Of a DNA stretch of 64,000 nucleotides, positions 10,410 to 18,926 are shown one piece after another. A model generated the notes under the pieces. It did no database searches, was not told the DNA's origin, and saw only the letters and a list, made by a program, of their open reading frames with translations. The DNA is from an uncultured Eubacteriales bacterium. Lineage in GTDB: Bacteria > Bacillota > Clostridia > Oscillospirales > QAMX01. A program made the translations under genes and the position numbers. The stretch covers positions 3,130-67,129 of the forward strand of contig CAJLFQ010000003.1 in NCBI GenBank assembly GCA_905205975.1, given 5' to 3'. Each line of letters opens with the position of its first letter. Positions within the stretch are counted from its first letter, which is position 1.

Positions 10410-11336
10410 TCAAGAGGGTTGGGAAATTTTTTTTGTCTGCTGGGCGGTTTCCGCCGCCCCTTCGGCGATGATCAGCCGTTCCAGCTCGTGCGCAGCCACG
10501 CTGAGCGGCTGGTCCTTACGCTTCACAACGCAGATGCTGCGCGATGGGATGGTGTCTACGAGGTCAATGGCGAACACATCGCGCATGGACGGCAGAAACT
10601 CCTCCGGCACAAATCCAACGCCGAGGGAGGCTTCCACCATCGGCGGCACCTGGTCGGCAGTCGCCGCTTCGATGTCCGGGCGGAAGGGCAGGCCGTGGTC
10701 GGCAAAGAACCGCGTGTGAAACTCATAGGATTTTGTTTCCGGCCCCAGCGAGATGAGCGGGTGTTCCGCCAGCTCCGCCAGCGTGACCGGCCGGCCGATC
10801 AGATCCGGAAAGGCCTTCGTGCAGACGGCTTTCTCATGAATGGGACGGATGCTGCGCTCCGTCAGGGTCGCCGATTCGACGGTCGGCGTCGTGACGACGG
10901 CGATGTCTGCGGCGCCGTCTTTCAATGCGGCGACGGCCTGCGGGGTGGAGTTGTTGCTGATGCGGACGCGAATTCCAGGGTAGCGCGCGCGGTAGCGCTT
11001 CAGAACCGGCAGGAGCAGGCAGCGCAGCGCCACTTCGCTGGCGGCGACGGAAACGGCGCCGGTTTCCAGATTGCGGCTTTCAGCGATTTCGGCCTCGCCT
11101 GCTTCCAGATGCTCAAAGGCAATGCGGACGTGCGTATAGAGTTTTTTGCCTTCCGGCGTCAGCTTCATGCCGCGGTTTGTCCGCGAAAAAAGCGGACACC
11201 CCAGCGCGCTCTCGAGATTCTTGATGGTCCGCGTGAGGTTCGGCTGGTTGTTCATCAAAACCTTGGCAGCCTGCGACAGGTTCCCATATTTGGCGACGCA
11301 GTAAAAAATGCGGTAATAGTCGTAGCTGATGTTCAT
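10410..11336 (-). CDS. LysR family transcriptional regulator
   Basis: 308 aa with N-terminal HTH (YRIFYCVAKYGNLSQAAKVLMNNQPNLTRTIKNLE) and a LysR substrate-binding domain. Divergent from the aminotransferase gene. Confidence 0.88.
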   Translation of the reverse strand: MNISYDYYRIFYCVAKYGNLSQAAKVLMNNQPNLTRTIKNLESALGCPLFSRTNRGMKLTPEGKKLYTHVRIAFEHLEAGEAEIAESRNLETGAVSVAASEVALRCLLLPVLKRYRARYPGIRVRISNNSTPQAVAALKDGAADIAVVTTPTVESATLTERSIRPIHEKAVCTKAFPDLIGRPVTLAELAEHPLISLGPETKSYEFHTRFFADHGLPFRPDIEAATADQVPPMVEASLGVGFVPEEFLPSMRDVFAIDLVDTIPSRSICVVKRKDQPLSVAAHELERLIIAEGAAETAQQTKKISQPS

Positions 11337-11479
11337 AATCGGGGCTCCTCCGGATGACCTGAAACAGGCGATATATCAGAAAACAATGGATGGTATACAA
11401 AAATCGGATTTTACATATACCAACAGATGTATTATAATACATTCAGCCAAAAGAATCAAGAGGATCGGAGAGAAAACGC

Positions 11480-12775
11480 GTGAAACAGGGGATTATGGTA
11501 GAAGATAATATCAAAGCGCTGGCCGAAGCGCACGAAGCGTGCGAGCAGCGGCTGGCGCAGCTGACGGAACAGGGACTGTCGCTGGATCTTTCAAGAGGGA
11601 AGCCTTCGGCAGAACAGCTTGCGCTGTCAGTCGATCTGCTCAATGCGCTGGACAGCCGGAGCATCCTCGATTCTGAAAACGGGCAGGACTGCCGGAACTA
11701 TGGCGGTCTGGAAGGCATCCCGGAGGCGCGCCGCCTGATGGCGCATATGATGGGCACGCACTCCGCCAACACGTTTGTCGGCGGCAACAGCAGCCTGATG
11801 ATGATGTATCAGCTGGTCAGTCACGCCATGGTGGACGGTCTCTGCGGCGAAGCGCCGTGGCAGACGGTGGAAAACCGGAAGTTCCTCTGTCCGGTGCCGG
11901 GCTATGACCGCCATTTTGCCATTACGGAACATTTCGGTTTTGAATCCGTCTGCGTGCCGATGCTGCCGACGGGGCCGGATATGGATCTGATCGAATCGCT
12001 CGTCGAAAGCGATCCGTCTATCAAAGGCGTTTGGTGCGTTCCGAAATATCAGAACCCGACGGGGATTGTTTTCAGCGACGAAACCGTCCGGCGTTTTGCG
12101 CGCCTGAAACCGGCCGCAAAAGACTTCCGCATTTTCTGGGACAACGCATACTGCGTCCATGCCTTTGAAGGCGAACCGGCTGAAATTCCGGATATCATTG
12201 CCGAGAGCGAAGCGGCTGGGAACCCGGATATCGTCTATGAATTCGCCTCGACGAGCAAAGTGACGTTCCCGGGGGCAGGGATTGCGGCAGTGGCCACCAG
12301 CCCGGCCAACCAAATTGATATCCGCCGCTTCCTGAAATATGCGACCATCGGCCCGGATAAACTGAACCAGCTGCGCCACGCCCGCTATTTTAAGAACACT
12401 GCCGGTCTCCGCGCGCATATGCGGAAGCACGCGGCGCTTCTCCAGCCGAAATTTGAAGCCGCTTACCGTGTCCTGTCAGAAGAGCTGGGCGACACCGGCG
12501 CAGCCGACTGGACGACGCCTTCCGGCGGCTATTTCTTCTCGTTCAACACGCCTGCCGGATGTGCTTCGGAAATCGTCCGCCGCTGTGAGGCCTGCGGCGT
12601 CAAGTTTACGCCGGCCGGCGCCACCTATCCGCGGGGCGTTGACCCGGAAGACCGCAACATCCGCATCGCGCCGTCATTTGCGACGGTTTCTGAAATCGAA
12701 ACGGCGACACGCATTCTGGCGCTTTGCACCAAAATGGTCGGAATCGAAAAACGCATGCGTGCGCTGGCAAATTGA
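11480..12775 (+). CDS. PLP-dependent aminotransferase (class I/II fold)
   Basis: 431 aa. LSRGKPSAEQL, KYQNPTG and STSKVTFPGAGIA (PLP-Lys region) are typical of a clostridial aspartate/aromatic aminotransferase-like family. Start is GTG 11480 or ATG 11495. Confidence 0.75.
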   Translation: MKQGIMVEDNIKALAEAHEACEQRLAQLTEQGLSLDLSRGKPSAEQLALSVDLLNALDSRSILDSENGQDCRNYGGLEGIPEARRLMAHMMGTHSANTFVGGNSSLMMMYQLVSHAMVDGLCGEAPWQTVENRKFLCPVPGYDRHFAITEHFGFESVCVPMLPTGPDMDLIESLVESDPSIKGVWCVPKYQNPTGIVFSDETVRRFARLKPAAKDFRIFWDNAYCVHAFEGEPAEIPDIIAESEAAGNPDIVYEFASTSKVTFPGAGIAAVATSPANQIDIRRFLKYATIGPDKLNQLRHARYFKNTAGLRAHMRKHAALLQPKFEAAYRVLSEELGDTGAADWTTPSGGYFFSFNTPAGCASEIVRRCEACGVKFTPAGATYPRGVDPEDRNIRIAPSFATVSEIETATRILALCTKMVGIEKRMRALAN

Positions 12776-12830
12776 TGTAGATTGAGATGTCGGATATAAA
12801 TTGAAATGTCAATGGAAAGGATCTTGTCCC

Positions 12831-13076
12831 ATGCTGATTCTGATTTGGATTGTTCTTGCCGCCCTGGATGCAGGGCTGTTTGCCATGGATTTCCGGATGA
12901 TCTCCGGCCGCACGGAAAATGAACGCGCGGCGCGCATCACAGCCGCTGTGGCTGCCGCGGCGCTGGTCTGCGGCTGTGTGGCCTGCGGCTTGGCCGGGTC
13001 GAAGTTCGCACTGCTCCTCTGTGCGGTAGGCGGTATGCTGGCCTGCACAGGCCTCCTGATGACGGAGTCCCGATGA
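12831..13076 (+). CDS. small hydrophobic protein (2-3 TM), unknown function
   Basis: 81 aa from the ATG after GGAAAGGA. It is very hydrophobic, and its stop overlaps the next start (ATGA at 13073). Confidence 0.45.
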   Translation: MLILIWIVLAALDAGLFAMDFRMISGRTENERAARITAAVAAAALVCGCVACGLAGSKFALLLCAVGGMLACTGLLMTESR

Positions 13077-13744
13077 ATCGCCAAACAAAGGCTACTCAGA
13101 TCGATGCGGCGGCCGGAGCGGCAGAAACACTCTGGCGCGCCGCGTTTCTGATTTTATCCGGCGGTTTTCAGGACGCCTATACCTATGTCTGCCGCGGCGG
13201 GGTGTTTGCCAACGCGCAGACGGGCAATGTCGTCCTGATGAGTGCTAAGCTGATGCACGGCGAATGGCGCGCTGCCGTGACGTATCTGATCCCGCTGGCG
13301 GCCTTTTTCACCGGGACGTTTGCCGCCGAGACAATCCGGCGCCGTCTGGAAAAAAGCGGCCGCCATCGGGTGAACCGCGCGGTGCTTGCCGTCGAAATCG
13401 CCCTGCTGTTCTGCGTCGGCTTCCTGCCGCAGCAGGAGAACGCGCTGGCCAATGCGCTGGTTTCACTGGCGTGTGCTGCGCAGGTGCAGACCTTTCAGAC
13501 CGTATGCGGGTATCCGTATGCCAGCACCATGTGTATCGGCAACCTGCGCAGTGGTGCGGAGGCCTTTACGGCATGGCTGCACAACCGTGAAACGTCAGAG
13601 CTGCGCCGCGCAGGGACGTATCTGGCGATTCTGCTGCTCTTTCTGCTGGGTGCTGCCGCCGGGTCTTTTTGCAGTCAATGGCTGGGCATCCGGGCTGTCT
13701 GGGTCTGCTGCCTGCTGCTGATGCCGCGCTTATTGCTGCGCTGA
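13073..13744 (+). CDS. YoaK/DUF1275 family membrane protein
   Basis: 223 aa, polytopic. The N-terminal LSGGFQDAYTY...ANAQTGNVVLM motif is characteristic of DUF1275, as I recall it. Confidence 0.7.
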   Translation: MNRQTKATQIDAAAGAAETLWRAAFLILSGGFQDAYTYVCRGGVFANAQTGNVVLMSAKLMHGEWRAAVTYLIPLAAFFTGTFAAETIRRRLEKSGRHRVNRAVLAVEIALLFCVGFLPQQENALANALVSLACAAQVQTFQTVCGYPYASTMCIGNLRSGAEAFTAWLHNRETSELRRAGTYLAILLLFLLGAAAGSFCSQWLGIRAVWVCCLLLMPRLLLR

Positions 13745-14401
13745 ACGTCCGCCGTGCTTCGAACGGCGTTTGTAATCGGCCTCGATCGGCGCTTTCCAGC
13801 CGGCGTCAAGCGTCTGAGACGAACGAACCGCACGGACGGCGTCGCTGATGGCCTCAAAGTTGAGCGCCGTACCGGCTTTGTCACAACAGTAGTTGACGGC
13901 ATGGTCAGCGTGGATGCCGATGCTGTCCGCCGCGGCTTCCGCGTTGATATTGGCGCCCAAAAACAGGAATTCCCAATGGTATTGTTCCTGCTGCGCCTGA
14001 ATCATCGCCCGGACTTCTTTGCCGGAATAATGATGGCTGGCATTTTCCATCCCGTCGGTTGTGATCACAAACAGCGTTCGTGCAGGGACATCTTCTTTGC
14101 GGGCATATCTGTGGACGGTGCGGATATGGCGGATGGCGCTGCCGACCGCATCATACAGTGCCGTGGAGCCGCCGACGCGATAGGTTCGGCCGTCCAGCGG
14201 AACGACCCGCTGTACCGGCGCCCGGTCGGAGACGACGGTGCTCATGTGGTTGAACAGCACCGTCGAAATCAGCGCTTCACCCGGTTCCTTCTGCTGCTTG
14301 GCGATCATTGCGTTGAAGCCGCCGATGGTATCGGCCTCCAGACCGGCCATGGAACCGCTGCAATCCAGGATAAAAACAATTTCTGTGAGATTCGGATTCA
14401 T
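13730..14401 (-). CDS. von Willebrand factor type A (VWA) domain protein, cytoplasmic
   Basis: 223 aa with a MIDAS-type DCSGSM motif near the N-terminus, plus GGSTALYDA and TDGMEN. No signal peptide. Confidence 0.8.
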   Translation of the reverse strand: MNPNLTEIVFILDCSGSMAGLEADTIGGFNAMIAKQQKEPGEALISTVLFNHMSTVVSDRAPVQRVVPLDGRTYRVGGSTALYDAVGSAIRHIRTVHRYARKEDVPARTLFVITTDGMENASHHYSGKEVRAMIQAQQEQYHWEFLFLGANINAEAAADSIGIHADHAVNYCCDKAGTALNFEAISDAVRAVRSSQTLDAGWKAPIEADYKRRSKHGGRSAQQ

Positions 14402-14530
14402 TTGTCAAGTCCTCCTGATAAAAAATAGTGACTGCGTTTCCGCAGTCACTATGATACCAGATTTCAGCCGTGGAAAGGTCGCTTTGAAAGCGACATTTTC
14501 ACGGCTTTCATATTGCGTCATACCAAATTT

Positions 14531-14953
14531 TCAAACCAGCGGCTTGGCAAAAAACAGCTCCGTAGGCTGAGCATATCCGGGCAGGTCGAGCAGGAGGCAT
14601 CCGGCATCCCGGTAGCCGAGTTTTCGGTAAAAATGCTGTGCCGTTTCGTCGGATTGCGTGGACGTCATGACCATGCCGTGGTTCTGGCGGCGCATTTCAT
14701 CTTCCCAATAACGCATCAGGGCCGTCCCGCAGCCGGAACGGCGAAAAGCGGGAGAGACCGTCAGCAGGGTGACGAACGGTATGTTGTCCCAGAAGAGGTG
14801 ATACCGCAGGAGTCCGGCGGGCACGCCGTCCGCAAACAGGAGATAGCCCATCCGGTCGCGGACTTTGCGGTCAAATGCCCGGTCAGAAAGATGCGGATCC
14901 AGCTGCATCCAGACAGCGCGGTCGGATGGCTGAACCGGACGGATTTCAAACAT
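14531..14953 (-). CDS. GNAT family N-acetyltransferase
   Basis: 140 aa from the ATG at 14953 (AAAGGAG upstream). Acetyl-CoA binding region FRRSGCGTALM, plus FYRKLGY. Confidence 0.8.
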   Translation of the reverse strand: MFEIRPVQPSDRAVWMQLDPHLSDRAFDRKVRDRMGYLLFADGVPAGLLRYHLFWDNIPFVTLLTVSPAFRRSGCGTALMRYWEDEMRRQNHGMVMTSTQSDETAQHFYRKLGYRDAGCLLLDLPGYAQPTELFFAKPLV

Positions 14954-14979
14954 CGGATGCTCCTTTCTCCGAGGAAGCG

Positions 14980-15990
14980 CTAAGCGCCGATCAGGCACTG
15001 GTCGAACGCAAACAGCGCCTCGTTGATTTCAAAGACGTTATACTGCCCGCGGGAGACGAAATATTCGATGATGATGTCAAATTTGCTGGCATGCGAGAGC
15101 GCAAATCCGGCACGGGCAAGCAGCTCTTTCAGCTCCGGCAGCGGCAACTCCAGCGCAAGCCCGAAGGCGATGGCCGTCTGTTTGGAGGGCTGGTATCCCT
15201 TGTCGTTCCGGATTTTTGAAAAGAGCTTGCGGTCGATGTTTGCCTTCTTATAACATGCGGCGTCGGTCATTCCGCTTTCGGCGATTTTTCGGAGCAGAAA
15301 CTCGGAGAACCCTTCGTCCAGCTGTCCCAATGCGTCCCGCAGCGCGCCGGCGCCGGGCGCTTGACAGACCGGCACCGATTGCAGAACCGGCGCATGCGGC
15401 GCGGCGGATTCGGCGTGCCGCACCGCTTTCGAACGCTGGAACAACCGGCGTTCCGGCTGCGCAGCGGCATAACGGTCATCGATATAGGCGGCGATGTCGC
15501 CGTAGATGGATCGGCTGATCTGGAAGGAATCCCGGTCGAAAACGACCAGAAAAACGGTCAGATCGCAGTCGGACAAAAACGCGCTGATGGTCTGCACAGC
15601 CGTCTGAAGGGCGGTTTCCCGCGGGAAGCCGAGCGAACCGGCGGCAAGCAGCGGACAGGCCACGGTTTCGCATCCGGCCTGCAGCGCCAGTGCAAGCGCC
15701 GAACGGTAGCATTGCGACAGCACAGCCGTTTCGCTGGATGTACCGCCGTGCCAGACCGGGCCGACCGTATGGATGACATAGCGGCAGGGCAGCCCGAATC
15801 CGGGCGTTATACGGGCTTCACCGGGGGCGGCGCGGCCAAGCGTCCGGCAGGCCGCGTCAAGCGCAGGGCCGCCTGCGCGGCGGATGGCGCGGTCCGTGCC
15901 GCCGCTGCCGGAAAACGTGCTGTCTGTCGGGCAGACGATGGCGTCTGCGCGGATGTGCGTGATGTCGTCGCGGATCATGGTCAGCGGCAT
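14980..15990 (-). CDS. macro domain protein fused to a C-terminal HTH-like domain
   Basis: 336 aa. Macro-domain motifs: DITHIRADAIVCPTD, GGTDRAI, IHTVGPVW, PLLAAGSLGFP. The C-terminal ~100 aa resembles a Cro/C1-type HTH (SGMTDAACYKKANIDRKLFSKIRNDKGYQPSKQTAIAFGLAL). Confidence 0.8.
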   Translation of the reverse strand: MPLTMIRDDITHIRADAIVCPTDSTFSGSGGTDRAIRRAGGPALDAACRTLGRAAPGEARITPGFGLPCRYVIHTVGPVWHGGTSSETAVLSQCYRSALALALQAGCETVACPLLAAGSLGFPRETALQTAVQTISAFLSDCDLTVFLVVFDRDSFQISRSIYGDIAAYIDDRYAAAQPERRLFQRSKAVRHAESAAPHAPVLQSVPVCQAPGAGALRDALGQLDEGFSEFLLRKIAESGMTDAACYKKANIDRKLFSKIRNDKGYQPSKQTAIAFGLALELPLPELKELLARAGFALSHASKFDIIIEYFVSRGQYNVFEINEALFAFDQCLIGA

Positions 15991-16094
15991 GGGCGGTTCC
16001 TCCTGTTTTTTTCTGCAACCAGTATATCATAAATAACAGCGGTCTGCAAGCACAGACAAAAACCGGGTGCAGCAGCCTGTACCCGGTTCAAAGA

Positions 16095-18656
16095 TTATTC
16101 GGTTCTCAGCGCGACGACCGGGTCTTTTTTGGAAGCGATTCTGGCGGGGATCAGACCGGCGATGAGCGTCAGCGCCATGCTGATGAGTATCAGAATGACG
16201 GCGCCGCCGGCCGGCAGAGAAGCGACGCCGGAGATACCGGCCAGAGACTGTATGACGGCGTTGAGCGGAATGGTCAGCAGCAGCGTGATCAAAATGCCGA
16301 GCGCACCGGCGACAAACCCGACAATCAGCGTTTCTGCGTTGAAAACGCGGGAAATATCGCGGCTTCTGGCGCCGATGCTCCGCAGAATGCCGATTTCCTT
16401 CGTCCGCTCCAGAACGGAAATATAGGTGATGATGCCGATCATAATCGAAGAAACCACCAGCGAAATCCCGACGAATCCGATCAGCACATAGCTGATGGCA
16501 TTGATGATGGTGCTGACGGAGGACATCATGAGGCCGACATAATCGGTGTAGCGGATGACGCGCGAACCGAGCCCCTGCGCCTGCATCTTGAGGTTATAGT
16601 CTTCAATGGCGTCGATCAGCGTTTCTTTGGCGGCAAAATCGACGGCGTAGAGGTAAATGCGGTCCGGATCCTCCGGCAGACAGGCGCCTAATTTGCGCAG
16701 GTTCGAGTCGGCGGATTCCGTTTCTCCGGCAGGGGTGCCGGCCGTCAGCGCAGCCAGTTCTTCCGGCGAAAGCGACGCAAGGTATGCCCGCTGTTCTTCC
16801 GTCAGAGCATCCGGGTCAATGACGCCGGTTCCGTCCGCGAACGGCAGCCCGGTGAAGACGTTGGTTTGAGGGTCGGCACGCTGTTCGCGGACGATTTCAG
16901 AAGCATTGGCCTGCTCCAGCAATTCTGTCGTCAGGCTGCTCAGATAGCCGACTGTGCCGCTCAATGCGGCGGAAACCGCATCGCCTGCCGGGCGGACAAT
17001 GCCCACAACCGTCAATTCGACTGCCTGGTCGAGCAGCGATTCCAGATAGGCTTCATCGTCCCGGCGGTCTGTCCATCGCCCATTTTCCTTCTCATAATAG
17101 GCGGTGGACGGCAGAATGCGGTACGTCAGCCCGATCAGATCGCTATATGCATAGCTCTTCTGGGAAAGGGTCACATTTTGACCGGTGCGGAGCGCACGCA
17201 TCATTTCCTGAAGCTCGGCCGGATCTTTCAGGCCGAGTGCATAAAGCGCGTAGTCCGTGATTTCATTGTTGTCATCGGTAATCAGAATGACTTCGTGTGA
17301 AGATTCCGGCCAGCGTCCGGCGAGCACGTCATACTGCGCCGCAAGCAGCTCCGGATTGTCGATCATCTGCGTCCAGACCTGCATGCCCATGGAAAAGGCG
17401 CTGCTGCTCTGCGTCTGACCGGCCATGCCGAGGTCTTCAAACAGCGTAACCGGGCTGATCTGTTCATATCCGCTGCCGACCGGCCGGTAGATGTTCAGAT
17501 CGATGTCATATCCGTAGGAAACGGCGTTCAGGCAGGACTCAAAAATATCCGGATGCTCCTGCAAGTATGCGCGGAAAGCGGCCAGATCGTTTTCGTGGAT
17601 TTCACCGAACATCGTTTTCATCATGCCGCTGAAGACGTTTTTGGCATAGACGCGGTTGTCGGAGTGGGTGACTTCCTGGTTTGCGTCGCTCATGGCGGTC
17701 ATCAGCGACGCCATGTCAACGGCGTTCTTCTCGATCATGATGGGATAGCCGGACAGCGTATTTTCCTGCACGGTGTCGATGTAATCCTGAAAACCGCTGG
17801 AAAGTGAGAGGATCAGGGCGATGCCGATGATGCCGATGCTGCCGGCGAAAGCCGTCAGAAACGTCCGTGTTTTCTTCGTCATGAGGTTGTTCAGGCTGAG
17901 CGACAGCGCCGTCAAAAACGACATGGCGGTCTGTTTGACGCGGGGCCTGTCAACGGGCGACGGCGGTTCGGCGCTGCCGTCATAAGGGGCGGTATCGCCG
18001 GTAATCTGTCCGTCCAGCAGCCGGATGATGCGCGAGGAATAGCGCTCGGCGAGTTCACCGTTGTGTGTGACCATAATGACCAGCCGGTTTTTGGCGATCC
18101 GCGCCAACAGATCCATCACCTGAATGCTGGTTTCGGAGTCCAGAGCGCCGGTTGGTTCATCGGCCAGGAGAATCTCCGGGTCGTTGACCAGTGCGCGCGC
18201 AATGGCGACACGCTGCATTTGGCCGCCGGAAAGCTGATTGGGGCGCTTGCTGAGCTGATCGGCAAGGCCGACTTCCGCCAAAGCGGCGGCGGCCCGCCTG
18301 CGGCGTTCGGATTTGGAAACGCCGGAGAGCGTCAGTGCCAGCTCGACGTTTGCCAGAACCGATTGATGCTGAATCAGGTTGTAGCTCTGAAAGACAAAGC
18401 CGATGGCGTGATTCCGGTAGGTATCCCAGTCGCGCTCCGAAAACTGACGGGTCGAGCGCCCGTCGATGATCAGGTCGCCGCTCGTATATCGGTCCAGCCC
18501 ACCCAGAATGTTCAAAAGGGTCGTTTTGCCGCAGCCGGACGGGCCGAGGATCGAGACGAATTCGTTCCGGCGGAATTCGAGGTCGATGCCCTTCAGCGCG
18601 TGGACGACGGCGCCGCCGGATGTATAGTCCTTGACAATGGATTTTAATTTCAGCAT
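16095..18656 (-). CDS. fused ABC transporter ATP-binding / FtsX-type permease protein (MacB-like)
   Basis: 853 aa from the ATG at 18656 ([11 protein letters not shown]). Walker [10 protein letters not shown], signature [15 protein letters not shown], Walker [13 protein letters not shown], then a large extracytoplasmic domain and a C-terminal FtsX 4-TM module. Confidence 0.88.
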   Translation of the reverse strand: MLKLKSIVKDYTSGGAVVHALKGIDLEFRRNEFVSILGPSGCGKTTLLNILGGLDRYTSGDLIIDGRSTRQFSERDWDTYRNHAIGFVFQSYNLIQHQSVLANVELALTLSGVSKSERRRRAAAALAEVGLADQLSKRPNQLSGGQMQRVAIARALVNDPEILLADEPTGALDSETSIQVMDLLARIAKNRLVIMVTHNGELAERYSSRIIRLLDGQITGDTAPYDGSAEPPSPVDRPRVKQTAMSFLTALSLSLNNLMTKKTRTFLTAFAGSIGIIGIALILSLSSGFQDYIDTVQENTLSGYPIMIEKNAVDMASLMTAMSDANQEVTHSDNRVYAKNVFSGMMKTMFGEIHENDLAAFRAYLQEHPDIFESCLNAVSYGYDIDLNIYRPVGSGYEQISPVTLFEDLGMAGQTQSSSAFSMGMQVWTQMIDNPELLAAQYDVLAGRWPESSHEVILITDDNNEITDYALYALGLKDPAELQEMMRALRTGQNVTLSQKSYAYSDLIGLTYRILPSTAYYEKENGRWTDRRDDEAYLESLLDQAVELTVVGIVRPAGDAVSAALSGTVGYLSSLTTELLEQANASEIVREQRADPQTNVFTGLPFADGTGVIDPDALTEEQRAYLASLSPEELAALTAGTPAGETESADSNLRKLGACLPEDPDRIYLYAVDFAAKETLIDAIEDYNLKMQAQGLGSRVIRYTDYVGLMMSSVSTIINAISYVLIGFVGISLVVSSIMIGIITYISVLERTKEIGILRSIGARSRDISRVFNAETLIVGFVAGALGILITLLLTIPLNAVIQSLAGISGVASLPAGGAVILILISMALTLIAGLIPARIASKKDPVVALRTE

Positions 18657-18926
18657 GGATTCTATGCGCCTTTCTGTGCAGTCGGAATACGTTCGAACAG
18701 ATTTGCGATGTGCAGATTGGTTTATTATACCGGAGGCAGAACGGAAGTTCAATTCGTGCTTTGTAAATTTTTGTACCGGCGCCGCTGCACCGGTGCGAAA
18801 AAAACGGCATGAAGGTTTTTTCGGCAACCGGATGGGTCTTGCAAAAAAGAACCGCGTGTATTATAATAATGTATCATACCCTTCCGGTCAGCCCGGCGTA
18901 CGGCGCAGAAAACAGGAGGAACAGCC

